A stretch of DNA of 32,000 nt from Candidatus Methylomirabilis limnetica (GCF_003044035.1 NZ_NVQC01000022.1:210001-242000); one strand, 5' to 3'. Numbered from the stretch's first letter, positions 18,207-25,368 are shown. Program-made: numbers and translations. The notes: generated by a model from the letters alone, not told the origin.

Positions 18207-19196
18207 ATGCTAAGTCGATTTGAAAAACAACTCTTCGGGCTGATGACGGGCGCTTTTGCATCTCGAGCGCTTGCGATCGCGGTTCAACGAGATCTATTCA
18301 CGTGGCTGTCGCGGGGGGGAGACGGGCAGACAGTAGAACAAGTCGTCGCGTATTTGGGGTTTCAAGAGCGGACCTCACGAGTATTTCTTGATGTGCTCTC
18401 CGCGATAGGGCTCTTGCGGTGCGAGAATGGACTGTTCCGTAACACTGAGCTCTCTGAGCAGCTCTTGGTACGCGGTCGCATAGCCGATCAACGTGGCGCC
18501 GTCGCGCTGTTTGATCATTTGTATCTTGGGTGCGGAACACTTGAACACACGCTCAAAACAGGAAATCCGGCCAGCCGTGAATATGGGTACTTTTTTGGCG
18601 CCGGTACAGGTTCTTACCCGGATGATATGGACGGAAGTGGGTTTGCACCCGCGCTACTCCTCGGTGAGTTTTGGGATTTCTCCAATGCGCGGCACGTTCT
18701 CGACGTGGGCGGATGTCTCGGAGCTACAGCTCACGCGCTGGCGGCACGATATCCCAACCTTCGCGTAACGGTGTTCGACCTTCCCGAAATTTGTGAACGC
18801 GGGAAGGCCTTGTCCAAGCAGCATCCGGCATCTGACGCGCGCGTGACATTTCACCCGGGGAATTTCTTTGACGAGGACTACCCGCATGGGGTCGATACCA
18901 TTTGCTTTGTGCGCATCCTTCACGATTGGTCCGATAAGGAGGCGCTTCGTCTCTTGGAGAAAGCACATGCGGCTCTGCAACCAGGGGGACGAATCGTCAT
19001 TCTCGAAACGCTGCGCGAAGGTTCAGAGAAGGCGTCACTGACCGCATTGATCGATCTTCTGATGCTGCTAATCAGTCCGGAAGGAGGGCTAAGAACAAGA
19101 GTGGCAATGGGCAAACTCTTGCGCACTGCTGGATTTCGAAGGGTCCGGACAAAGCCAACCGCGTATCTTTATAGCCTCATTTCTGCCGAGAAATAA
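18207..19196 (+). CDS. Class I SAM-dependent O-methyltransferase (COMT/Methyltransf_2-like)
   Basis: N-terminal winged-helix dimerisation region, SAM motif VLDVGGCLGATAHALA, DLPE, then ILHDWSD and GGRIVILE. I prefer the ATG at 18207 (GGAG upstream). The ORF track starts at 18144. Local GC is about 50%. Confidence 0.8.
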   Translation: MLSRFEKQLFGLMTGAFASRALAIAVQRDLFTWLSRGGDGQTVEQVVAYLGFQERTSRVFLDVLSAIGLLRCENGLFRNTELSEQLLVRGRIADQRGAVALFDHLYLGCGTLEHTLKTGNPASREYGYFFGAGTGSYPDDMDGSGFAPALLLGEFWDFSNARHVLDVGGCLGATAHALAARYPNLRVTVFDLPEICERGKALSKQHPASDARVTFHPGNFFDEDYPHGVDTICFVRILHDWSDKEALRLLEKAHAALQPGGRIVILETLREGSEKASLTALIDLLMLLISPEGGLRTRVAMGKLLRTAGFRRVRTKPTAYLYSLISAEK

Positions 19197-19200
19197 AACC

Positions 19201-20358
19201 ATGACAAACCGTACAGCATTGATCACAGGCGCCGCCGGCTTCCTGGGATCGTTCCTCACGGCGGCACTGCTTAATCGAGGTTGGCAGATTTACGCGCTTG
19301 TCCGTAGTAAGCCGGACCAATTACCCCAAGCGTTACTTGCGCACGAACTACGGGGTAACCCTGCCGTTCTTGAACGTCTTACCGTGCTGGAAGGCGATGT
19401 AACCCGTCCGCTACTAGGGCTCACGTCATCAATGGTTAGCAGGCTGCAGAATGTGACCGACGTATGGCACTGCGCCGCCAATTTCGAGATCGGCTCGTCG
19501 CATCGAAAAGCCATTGTTGATACTAACGTCGTTGGTACCAAACATGCGCTCGATCTCGCTCATACCCTGACAGGTCAATCCATTCGATTTCATTTCCTGA
19601 GTACAGCCTACGCCGGGCTCCAAATCAACGACACATGTTTCGAGCGCCTGAGCGACAGACGTGACGGTGCGTTTCGTACGTCGTACGAATGGACTAAATC
19701 TCGCGCTGAGCACCTTGTCATGGCGGCACGCGAGGAGCGACATCTGGATGTGCGAATCTACCGTCCGTCGGTTGTTTCCGGACATTTCACAAACGGACAG
19801 TGCCTCAGTTACAACGGATACCAGGGTGTATTTCGCGCCCTGTATATTTTGCGCCGTATGCTACAGAACGCATTCGGACCTGACTTTGACCGGAACCTGA
19901 GACTTCGCGTCGCCGCTGATCCAGACCTGCGCCTTAATCTCGTGCCGGTCGACTACGTCATTGACGCAATGATTTGCATAGCGGATCAAGAGATTTCTGG
20001 CACCCCTATCTTCAACATTACGCATTCTACGGGGAATCAGTTATCCATGCTCTTCGAGCGCGGGACCAAAGCGCTTGCACTGGAGGGGATTCAACTGTCC
20101 GACAAGCACGATTTTCGTCGGCGCCCAAAGTCTTCGTTCGAACGGCTTTTTGATCGGCTCATCCTATTTCAGGCACCCTACCTCTTAGAGTCATTGTCGT
20201 TCGATACGACGAATTACGCTCAAGTCGTACCGGGGAGACTTTTGCACGCACCAATCCTTTCGAGCGAGTATTTTGACAGAATGAACCACGTGTTACTACA
20301 TAGGCTACAAGAGGAGTTTGAAGTCGTCGCGACACCAACCGTAGACGCAGTATCCTAA
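19201..20358 (+). CDS. Extended SDR, thioester-reductase / acyl-CoA-reductase-like (NAD_binding_4-like)
   Basis: 385 aa. Rossmann motif ALITGAAGFLGSFL and catalytic YEWTKSRAE (YxxxK). Length and C-terminal domain fit terminal reductase domains. Local GC is about 50-52%. Confidence 0.7.
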   Translation: MTNRTALITGAAGFLGSFLTAALLNRGWQIYALVRSKPDQLPQALLAHELRGNPAVLERLTVLEGDVTRPLLGLTSSMVSRLQNVTDVWHCAANFEIGSSHRKAIVDTNVVGTKHALDLAHTLTGQSIRFHFLSTAYAGLQINDTCFERLSDRRDGAFRTSYEWTKSRAEHLVMAAREERHLDVRIYRPSVVSGHFTNGQCLSYNGYQGVFRALYILRRMLQNAFGPDFDRNLRLRVAADPDLRLNLVPVDYVIDAMICIADQEISGTPIFNITHSTGNQLSMLFERGTKALALEGIQLSDKHDFRRRPKSSFERLFDRLILFQAPYLLESLSFDTTNYAQVVPGRLLHAPILSSEYFDRMNHVLLHRLQEEFEVVATPTVDAVS

Positions 20359-20494
20359 GGCTGTCGAACTGTGCGGGCCGTGCTTGATCGACGTAGAACG
20401 ACCGCATCCACACGGACGCGCGCAAAAAGCGGCGCGCCGCTGATCGCTAGCGTTCGCCAAAGCAACGGGGCGCCAAAAGGCGCTGCGCTTGAAG

Positions 20495-20522
20495 CCGAAT
20501 CATGAGGAGGCATTCGGTTTTT
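20495..20522 (+). terminator. Putative intrinsic terminator after the methyltransferase/reductase pair
   Basis: CCGAAT-11 nt-ATTCGG followed by TTTTT, with a second T-run at 20529-20535. The stem is short (6 bp). Confidence 0.4.
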
Positions 20523-20533
20523 GAGCGATTTTT

Positions 20534-20563
20534 TTGACTCACGGTATTAGTCATCCGTATAAT
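20534..20563 (+). promoter_or_regulatory. Near-consensus sigma70-type promoter for the small-ORF/polB unit
   Basis: TTGACT at 20534-20539, an 18-nt spacer containing GGTATTAGTCAT, and TATAAT at 20558-20563. Confidence 0.55.
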
Positions 20564-20569
20564 TACTGT

Positions 20570-20725
20570 GTAACTACTTAGGTGTTTAGGCTGAAGGCTG
20601 AAGGTTCTAAATTATCTCGCAAGGCACGAATCGATCCATTCAAGACCTTTTCGGAGTTTTGTATGATCACGCATGACTTACCCCTAACAGCCTTCAGCCT
20701 TCAGCCTAAACACCTGAGTAGTTAC
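20570..20725. repeat. 35-bp inverted repeat (one G-U position) enclosing an 86-nt loop, at the predicted 5-prime end of the polB transcript
   Basis: Left arm 20570-20604 is gtaactacttaggtgtttaggctgaaggctgaagg. Right arm 20691-20725 is ccttcagccttcagcctaaacacctgagtagttac. A tandem cctgagtagtt x2 and a competing palindrome cacctgag...ctcaggtg (20711-20744) follow. Confidence 0.85.
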
Positions 20726-20807
20726 CTGAGTAGTTGCTCAGGTGATTTCGGGGCTTTGCCCTTCGCCATGACAACAACATAGCGGGTTACGAAAGCGAGG
20801 TGGGACC

Positions 20808-21077
20808 ATGGGGAGGACGCTGCCGACGTATAACATGCTGATCCTGCAAGAACTCGACAAGGACGAGTGGAAGCGATTTCGGCGGGCGCTGCGTAGGGAC
20901 GACCAGGAGTTGTTCGATGAGCTGTTCATCGCGCCGAAGATCCAGATGCAGGCCGGCGCCTATGCCAGCAACGCGAAGCCGTTCGAGACGATGCTGATCT
21001 GCATGCTGATCGAACTGAAACAGGAACTCAGGATTCTGGAGCAGCGAGTTGCGCACACAGAAGGGCTGGCTATTTGA
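20808..21077 (+). CDS. Hypothetical 89-aa helical protein, translationally overlapped with polB
   Basis: ATG is preceded by GAGGTGGGA. The product is charged and helical (LQELDKDEWKRFRRALRRDDQELFDELF). Its 3-prime end overlaps the polB TTG start by 29 nt. I recognise no family. Confidence 0.5.
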   Translation: MGRTLPTYNMLILQELDKDEWKRFRRALRRDDQELFDELFIAPKIQMQAGAYASNAKPFETMLICMLIELKQELRILEQRVAHTEGLAI

Positions 21078-23271
21078 TCTCTATCCGTCCAGGGACGGGA
21101 TGGTGCTTTGGCTCAAGACCGAGCAGGAATGCCTCCGCCTGGTTGACACGTACTGGGCGTCGTTTTACCTTGCCGGCCCAGACGCGGCGCTCAAGGCGTG
21201 CGTGTCCTACATGCTCCGGCAGCGCCTGCCGATCACGACGGAGTGGACAGAGCGCCGGGAGTTGTTGTCGAATCGTTTCATCCCCGTGCTCAAGGTCAGC
21301 ACGTCGAGACTCGACAGGTTCTCCGCCTTTGTCCAGTTGGCCTATCGGTTCAACCCGGAGCTCACCTTCTACAACTGCGATATCCTGCTACCGCAGCGCT
21401 ATCTCTACGAGACGGGGTTGTTCCCTCTGGCCCAGTGTGAACTGACTTACGATGAGAGCCTACGACTCAAAGAGATCCAGCTCTTGGATTCGCCGTGGGC
21501 TGTCAACTACCCCATCCCGCCGCTTCGCTTCCTGCAACTGCGGATGGAGCATGAGGCCAACCCGAGCCACGCCCGGACCACCCGGTTAATCGCGTCAGTC
21601 GATGACCGCGAGTTCGTCTTCGAGGCGGAAGGGGCAGAGCTTCTGAGGAGTCTGAACAGCCTACTCCAGAAGTACGACCCCGATGTTATCCTCTCGCGAT
21701 ACGGCGATTCGTACATCCTTCCCAGACTCCGGAGGATGGCGGATACGTGTGGCATCCCGCTTGACTTCAACAGGGACGGCGCGGCAGGGATGACCAGCAA
21801 GCAGGCCAGGAGCTTCTTCACCTACGGCAGGATCGTCTATCAGGCGGGTGCTCAGATCTTGCATGGCCGCTGGCACCTGGATATCGCGAACTCGTTTGTT
21901 GTCAAGGAGACGGGTCTGGACGGCCTGATGGAGCTGGCCCGGGTCACGAAGCTACCGGTACAGCGTTGCGCGAGGACCTCTCCAGGTACGGGCGTCTCAT
22001 CAATGCAGCTTGACGTGGCGTTCCAGGATGGCTATTTGATCCCCTGGCGCAAGCGAATGCCGGAGGATTTCAAGACCGGGAGCGAGCTGCTGCTCACAGA
22101 CAAGGGGGGCTTGGTCTTTCAGCCGCAGATTGGGTTGTACGAGCAGGTCTGCGAGCTCGACTTCAGCTCAATGTTTCCCAGCATCATGGTCAAGTATAAC
22201 ATCTCGCAGGAAACTCTGCGGTGCGCCTGCTGTCCGGAGAACAGGGTCCCGGAGATCGGCCACCACATCTGCACGAAGCGGCGGGGGCTGGTGCCTCGGA
22301 CGCTCGAGCCGGTGCTCACGCGGCGGCGCGCCTACAAGCTGCTGATGCGGCAGGCAGTCACGGCGGACGAGCGCGAGCTGTACAACAAGCGACAGTCTGC
22401 TCTCAAGTGGCTTGGCCTGGTCTCATTCGGGTATCAGGGATACCGGAACGCGCGCTTCGGACGGCTTGAAGGGCACGAGGCGGTCACCGCCTATGCGCGG
22501 GAGACGCTGCTGGCTGCCAAGGAGATCGCTGAGGCACAAGGCTACTCGCTCATCCATGCGATTGTCGATTCGATGTGGCTGAAGAAGGCGGGCGCGACAC
22601 GGGAGGATTATGAGCGGCTGGCGGCAGACATCTCGCGGCAGACCGGGCTTTCTATGGCCATTGAAGGGGTGTACCATTGGATCGCATTCCTGCCGTCACG
22701 GGTATCCCCGAAGGCACCGGTCCCCAACCGCTATTTCGGCTGTTTCGTAGACGGCACACTCAAGGTGCGGGGCCTGGAGGTCAGGCGCTCAGACACGCCG
22801 GGGTTTGTGCGGAGCGCCCAGGCTGCGATGCTTAAGACGCTCTCGCAGGCCAGAACCTACGACGAATGCACAGCGCGGGTCCCTGAACTACTCGACGAGC
22901 TGAGGGTACGCGTTGATGCACTACGAAGCGGCGGGGTACCGCTTGCGGAGTTGGCCATCTCCAGACACCTGTCTCTAGTACCTGTGGCGTACAAGACCGA
23001 CACGATCCTCTCGGAGGCGGCCAAGGACCTTGCGAGTCGAGGGGTTCATCTCTCTGCAGGTGAGACGATCCAGCTTGTGATCGTGGACTCTAAAGCCAAC
23101 GATCACGTCTCGAAAGCAAAAGCGTACGGTTTTTACGACGGCAGCCTGGGATACGATGTCGAGAAGTACACGGAACTCACGCTGAAGGCCGCAGAGTCGG
23201 TACTGTGGTTTTTAGGCTACGACTATGCCCGGTTGAAGGCGCTGATATCGGGAGAGCGCAACGACTGTTAA
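21049..23271 (+). CDS. Family-B DNA polymerase, archaeal PolB/Pol II-like, with degenerate exonuclease domain
   Basis: 740 aa, colinear by eye with Pfu-type PolB. Matching blocks are N-terminal GWLFDLY, FYNCDILLPQRYLYETGL, DPDVILSRYGDSYILPRL, motif A ELDFSSMFPSIMVKYNISQETL, motif B RQSALKWLGLVSFGYQGY, motif C LIHAIVDSMW and RGLEVRRSD. TTG start with GGAG 8 nt upstream. Confidence 0.9.
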   Translation: MRTQKGWLFDLYPSRDGMVLWLKTEQECLRLVDTYWASFYLAGPDAALKACVSYMLRQRLPITTEWTERRELLSNRFIPVLKVSTSRLDRFSAFVQLAYRFNPELTFYNCDILLPQRYLYETGLFPLAQCELTYDESLRLKEIQLLDSPWAVNYPIPPLRFLQLRMEHEANPSHARTTRLIASVDDREFVFEAEGAELLRSLNSLLQKYDPDVILSRYGDSYILPRLRRMADTCGIPLDFNRDGAAGMTSKQARSFFTYGRIVYQAGAQILHGRWHLDIANSFVVKETGLDGLMELARVTKLPVQRCARTSPGTGVSSMQLDVAFQDGYLIPWRKRMPEDFKTGSELLLTDKGGLVFQPQIGLYEQVCELDFSSMFPSIMVKYNISQETLRCACCPENRVPEIGHHICTKRRGLVPRTLEPVLTRRRAYKLLMRQAVTADERELYNKRQSALKWLGLVSFGYQGYRNARFGRLEGHEAVTAYARETLLAAKEIAEAQGYSLIHAIVDSMWLKKAGATREDYERLAADISRQTGLSMAIEGVYHWIAFLPSRVSPKAPVPNRYFGCFVDGTLKVRGLEVRRSDTPGFVRSAQAAMLKTLSQARTYDECTARVPELLDELRVRVDALRSGGVPLAELAISRHLSLVPVAYKTDTILSEAAKDLASRGVHLSAGETIQLVIVDSKANDHVSKAKAYGFYDGSLGYDVEKYTELTLKAAESVLWFLGYDYARLKALISGERNDC

Positions 23272-23275
23272 CGAG

Positions 23276-23319
23276 TGGCTGAGGGGCAAGGATTCGAACC
23301 TCGATAAGCAGATCCAGAG
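23276..23319 (-). pseudogene. 3-prime fragment of tRNA-Gln(CUG): anticodon loop to CCA, no 5-prime half
   Basis: Minus strand reads CTCTGGA-TCTGC-TTAT-CGAGG-TTCGAAT-CCTTG-CCCCTCA-G-CCA. The T-arm and GCCA end nearly match E. coli tRNA-Gln(CUG), which reads CGAGGUUCGAAUCCUCG....GCCA. No complementary 5-prime acceptor strand (TGAGGGG) or anticodon-stem partner lies upstream. Confidence 0.6.
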
Positions 23320-23572
23320 TTGTCTGACCCTCCTGTGACGGCATAAGCATCCCTGTATTTTCAATCAGTTAGACATCGGAGTGCTGGACGCTCCCCACCT
23401 ATTGTACCTCATTACCCATGAGTTCCACATCAGAGGTGGAATGCAGGCGGAATGACTGAGGTGCTAATGTGCAAACTCCAGACTATCGCCGGTGTGACCA
23501 CCGACATAATTCAAGCGTAGTTATATGCGAAGGGCGATGGTGGTTGGTGATCGCGCCTGAAGGAGCCGGAGA

Positions 23573-24199
23573 ATGAACATCGTGAATGGCGTACTACGGT
23601 GGAGCGTCCTGATCCTTGTTAGCGTGCTGGCGGTAACAGTGCCGCTGACGGAGGCGTGTGCTGGCAGCCGTGGGGGTGGTGGTCGGGGAGGTGGCAGCCA
23701 TGGCGGTGGTCATGGCGGTGCCAGCCATCATTGGGGTGGTCACCATGGTGGCCGGCATGGTCACGGAGGGTTCAGCAGTGGCGTCGTCGTCGAATTTGGT
23801 GGGTGGTGGAACCCGTGGGGGTATGGAGGGTACGCGCCGTACGGGTGGGGAGCGCCCAGATACTACGGCTACCCTGAGCACCCCTATGGTGGGTACGCTC
23901 CATCGTACGCCTACCCTCCCGCTGTGCCACCGTATGCGTACGACTACGACGCTGCGGCGGGCGGTGCGTCGCTCCAGATCGAGGTGACGCCTGGAGAGAC
24001 GGAGATCCTGGTGGATGGCACCCGGGTGGGGATGGCCAAGGAGTTTCAGGGACCGGTCATCGTCCCGGTGGCGGCTGGATCCCACACCCTGGAGTTCAGG
24101 GTGGGCGGGCTGACGATCATCGAGGACATCGTGGCCTCGCCGCGGACGACGGTGCTCATCAAACGAGATATGGGAACGACCGTGGTACCACAGCAGTAG
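23573..24199 (+). CDS. Secreted His/Gly-rich protein with C-terminal PEGA domain
   Basis: AAGGAG RBS. Signal-like N-terminus (VLILVSVLAVTVPLTEA), then GGGGRGGGSHGGGHGGASHHWGGHHGGRHGHGG, then a Tyr/Pro/Gly-rich linker. The C-terminus LQIEVTPGETEILVDGTRVG...GSHTLEFRVGG is typical of PEGA. Confidence 0.7.
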   Translation: MNIVNGVLRWSVLILVSVLAVTVPLTEACAGSRGGGGRGGGSHGGGHGGASHHWGGHHGGRHGHGGFSSGVVVEFGGWWNPWGYGGYAPYGWGAPRYYGYPEHPYGGYAPSYAYPPAVPPYAYDYDAAAGGASLQIEVTPGETEILVDGTRVGMAKEFQGPVIVPVAAGSHTLEFRVGGLTIIEDIVASPRTTVLIKRDMGTTVVPQQ

Positions 24200-24226
24200 C
24201 CGCTCCCGTCAGAGACGACCGTCTCG

Positions 24227-24518
24227 ATATAGGGATAGACACTATTCATTGAAATCCTTTCTTGGTCTTCCCCTCTGCTACGCGTGTATTACTCGTCCAG
24301 TTTCCTGCGCCCCAGATGAACCCATCCCTTCGTAGTGGCCGCCCTGTCATCGTGTACCTCCGAATCGCTGTCGTTCCGAAAGGCCGACTGGTGATCATTC
24401 CCTCGTTGTCTCACATGATACGGGTGGCCGGATGTAACGGTTCGAGCAATCCGTGGCATGCACGATCATGACCGCGAACACCGCGAATCGTCACGATAAA
24501 TAGTGTCTGTCCCTATTT
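24227..24518 (-). mobile_element. ~290-bp non-autonomous element, copy 2
   Basis: Ends ATATAGGGATAGACACTATT and AATAGTGTCTGTCCCTATTT. Interior is colinear with the other copies. The RayT-like N-terminus is on the minus strand. Confidence 0.8.
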
Positions 24519-24631
24519 ACCTCTTTACTAGCCGCTGCGTCGGGCGGCGCTCTATCTCGCCATGTGCGGCGCATGCCAAGCTACTTGCGCTGCTGAGGCC
24601 CCGCCCTGCCGATGACAGAGACCTGCGTCCC

Positions 24632-24934
24632 CTAGCGCGGGGCAGGATGTGTGGCGGTAATTCGATTCACCTTGATCTTCGCAGCGTGTCGTTCTGCCTG
24701 AGCAAGGTCATACTCCATCTGTAGACCGAGCCACACCTCGGGGCTGCTGCCGAAGGCCTTAGAAAGTCGGATCGCCATCTCCGGAGAGATCCCGGCCTTC
24801 TCGTTCACCAGGTTGTTGAGGGCCTGCCGCGTCACACCAAGGCGTTTCGCTACGTCTGTAACAGTCACTCCGAGCGACTCGATACACTCTTGGCGGACAA
24901 TCCTTCCGGGGTGGGGGGGATTCTTCATACGCAT
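24632..24934 (-). CDS. higA: HigA-family antitoxin (XRE HTH)
   Basis: MKNPPHPGRIVRQECIESLGVTVTDVAKRLGVTRQALNNLVNEKAGISPEMAIRLSKAFG is the classic HigA/VapI pattern. AGGAG RBS. The gene lies downstream of higB. Confidence 0.9.
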   Translation of the reverse strand: MRMKNPPHPGRIVRQECIESLGVTVTDVAKRLGVTRQALNNLVNEKAGISPEMAIRLSKAFGSSPEVWLGLQMEYDLAQAERHAAKIKVNRITATHPAPR

Positions 24935-24956
24935 GCCGTATTCTCCTTTTTCCCTA

Positions 24957-25235
24957 CTAGTGGTAGTCGATCAGATCTACATCATATACGTCGCCTTCCT
25001 CAAAGCGGAAGATGACTCGCCAGTTTGCCCGGACAGTCACGCTCCAGAAGCCTGTGAGGTCACCCTTGAGCCGGTGCAGTCTAAAACCTGGCAGGTTCAT
25101 TTCTTCAGACCTTCTGGCGCGGTTCAACATGAACAGGATGTTTTCGAGTTTCTCGAGTAGATCCGGGGAGACGCCCCTGACATCACCCTGTTGAAACAGC
25201 CGTCTCAACCCCTTATGCCCGAACCGTTGAATCAT
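24957..25235 (-). CDS. higB: HigB toxin (RelE/ParE superfamily, plasmid-killer type)
   Basis: 92 aa. FGHKGLRRLFQ...LHRLKGDLTGFWSVTVRANWRVIFRFEEGDVYDVDLIDYH. Confidence 0.9.
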   Translation of the reverse strand: MIQRFGHKGLRRLFQQGDVRGVSPDLLEKLENILFMLNRARRSEEMNLPGFRLHRLKGDLTGFWSVTVRANWRVIFRFEEGDVYDVDLIDYH

Positions 25236-25368
25236 GGCTCAGCGTAGCATGATTAGTGACAAGTGTCCATTGTCGTGACGAGACCCCATCTCACCGTGAC
25301 CCACATCCCCTTATGATCGCTGGAGCCGCCGCCTGAGGTTACCCGCACCTGGAAGTCGAAGTATAGTG

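Noticed and set aside
20582-20782. 66-aa ORF spanning the 35-bp inverted repeat
   Set aside because: It lies entirely within the repeat and leader, and its sequence is dictated by the palindrome (LKAEG.../...SLQPKH). It has no RBS.
23594-24085. Overlapping ORFs in other frames and on the other strand of the His/Gly-rich region
   Set aside because: They are by-products of the repetitive GGN/CAT codon tract. The plus-strand frame beginning at 23573 has an RBS, a signal peptide and a PEGA domain.
24262-24471. Recurrent ORF MVFPSATRVLL... on the strand opposite the RayT-like stub in the 290-bp elements (also 12417..12608, 26504..26785, 30069..30404)
   Set aside because: The frame shifts or terminates at different places in different copies. 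It starts at non-ATG codons and reads through the element ends into unrelated flank. It is best explained as the antisense shadow of the transposase-derived frame.
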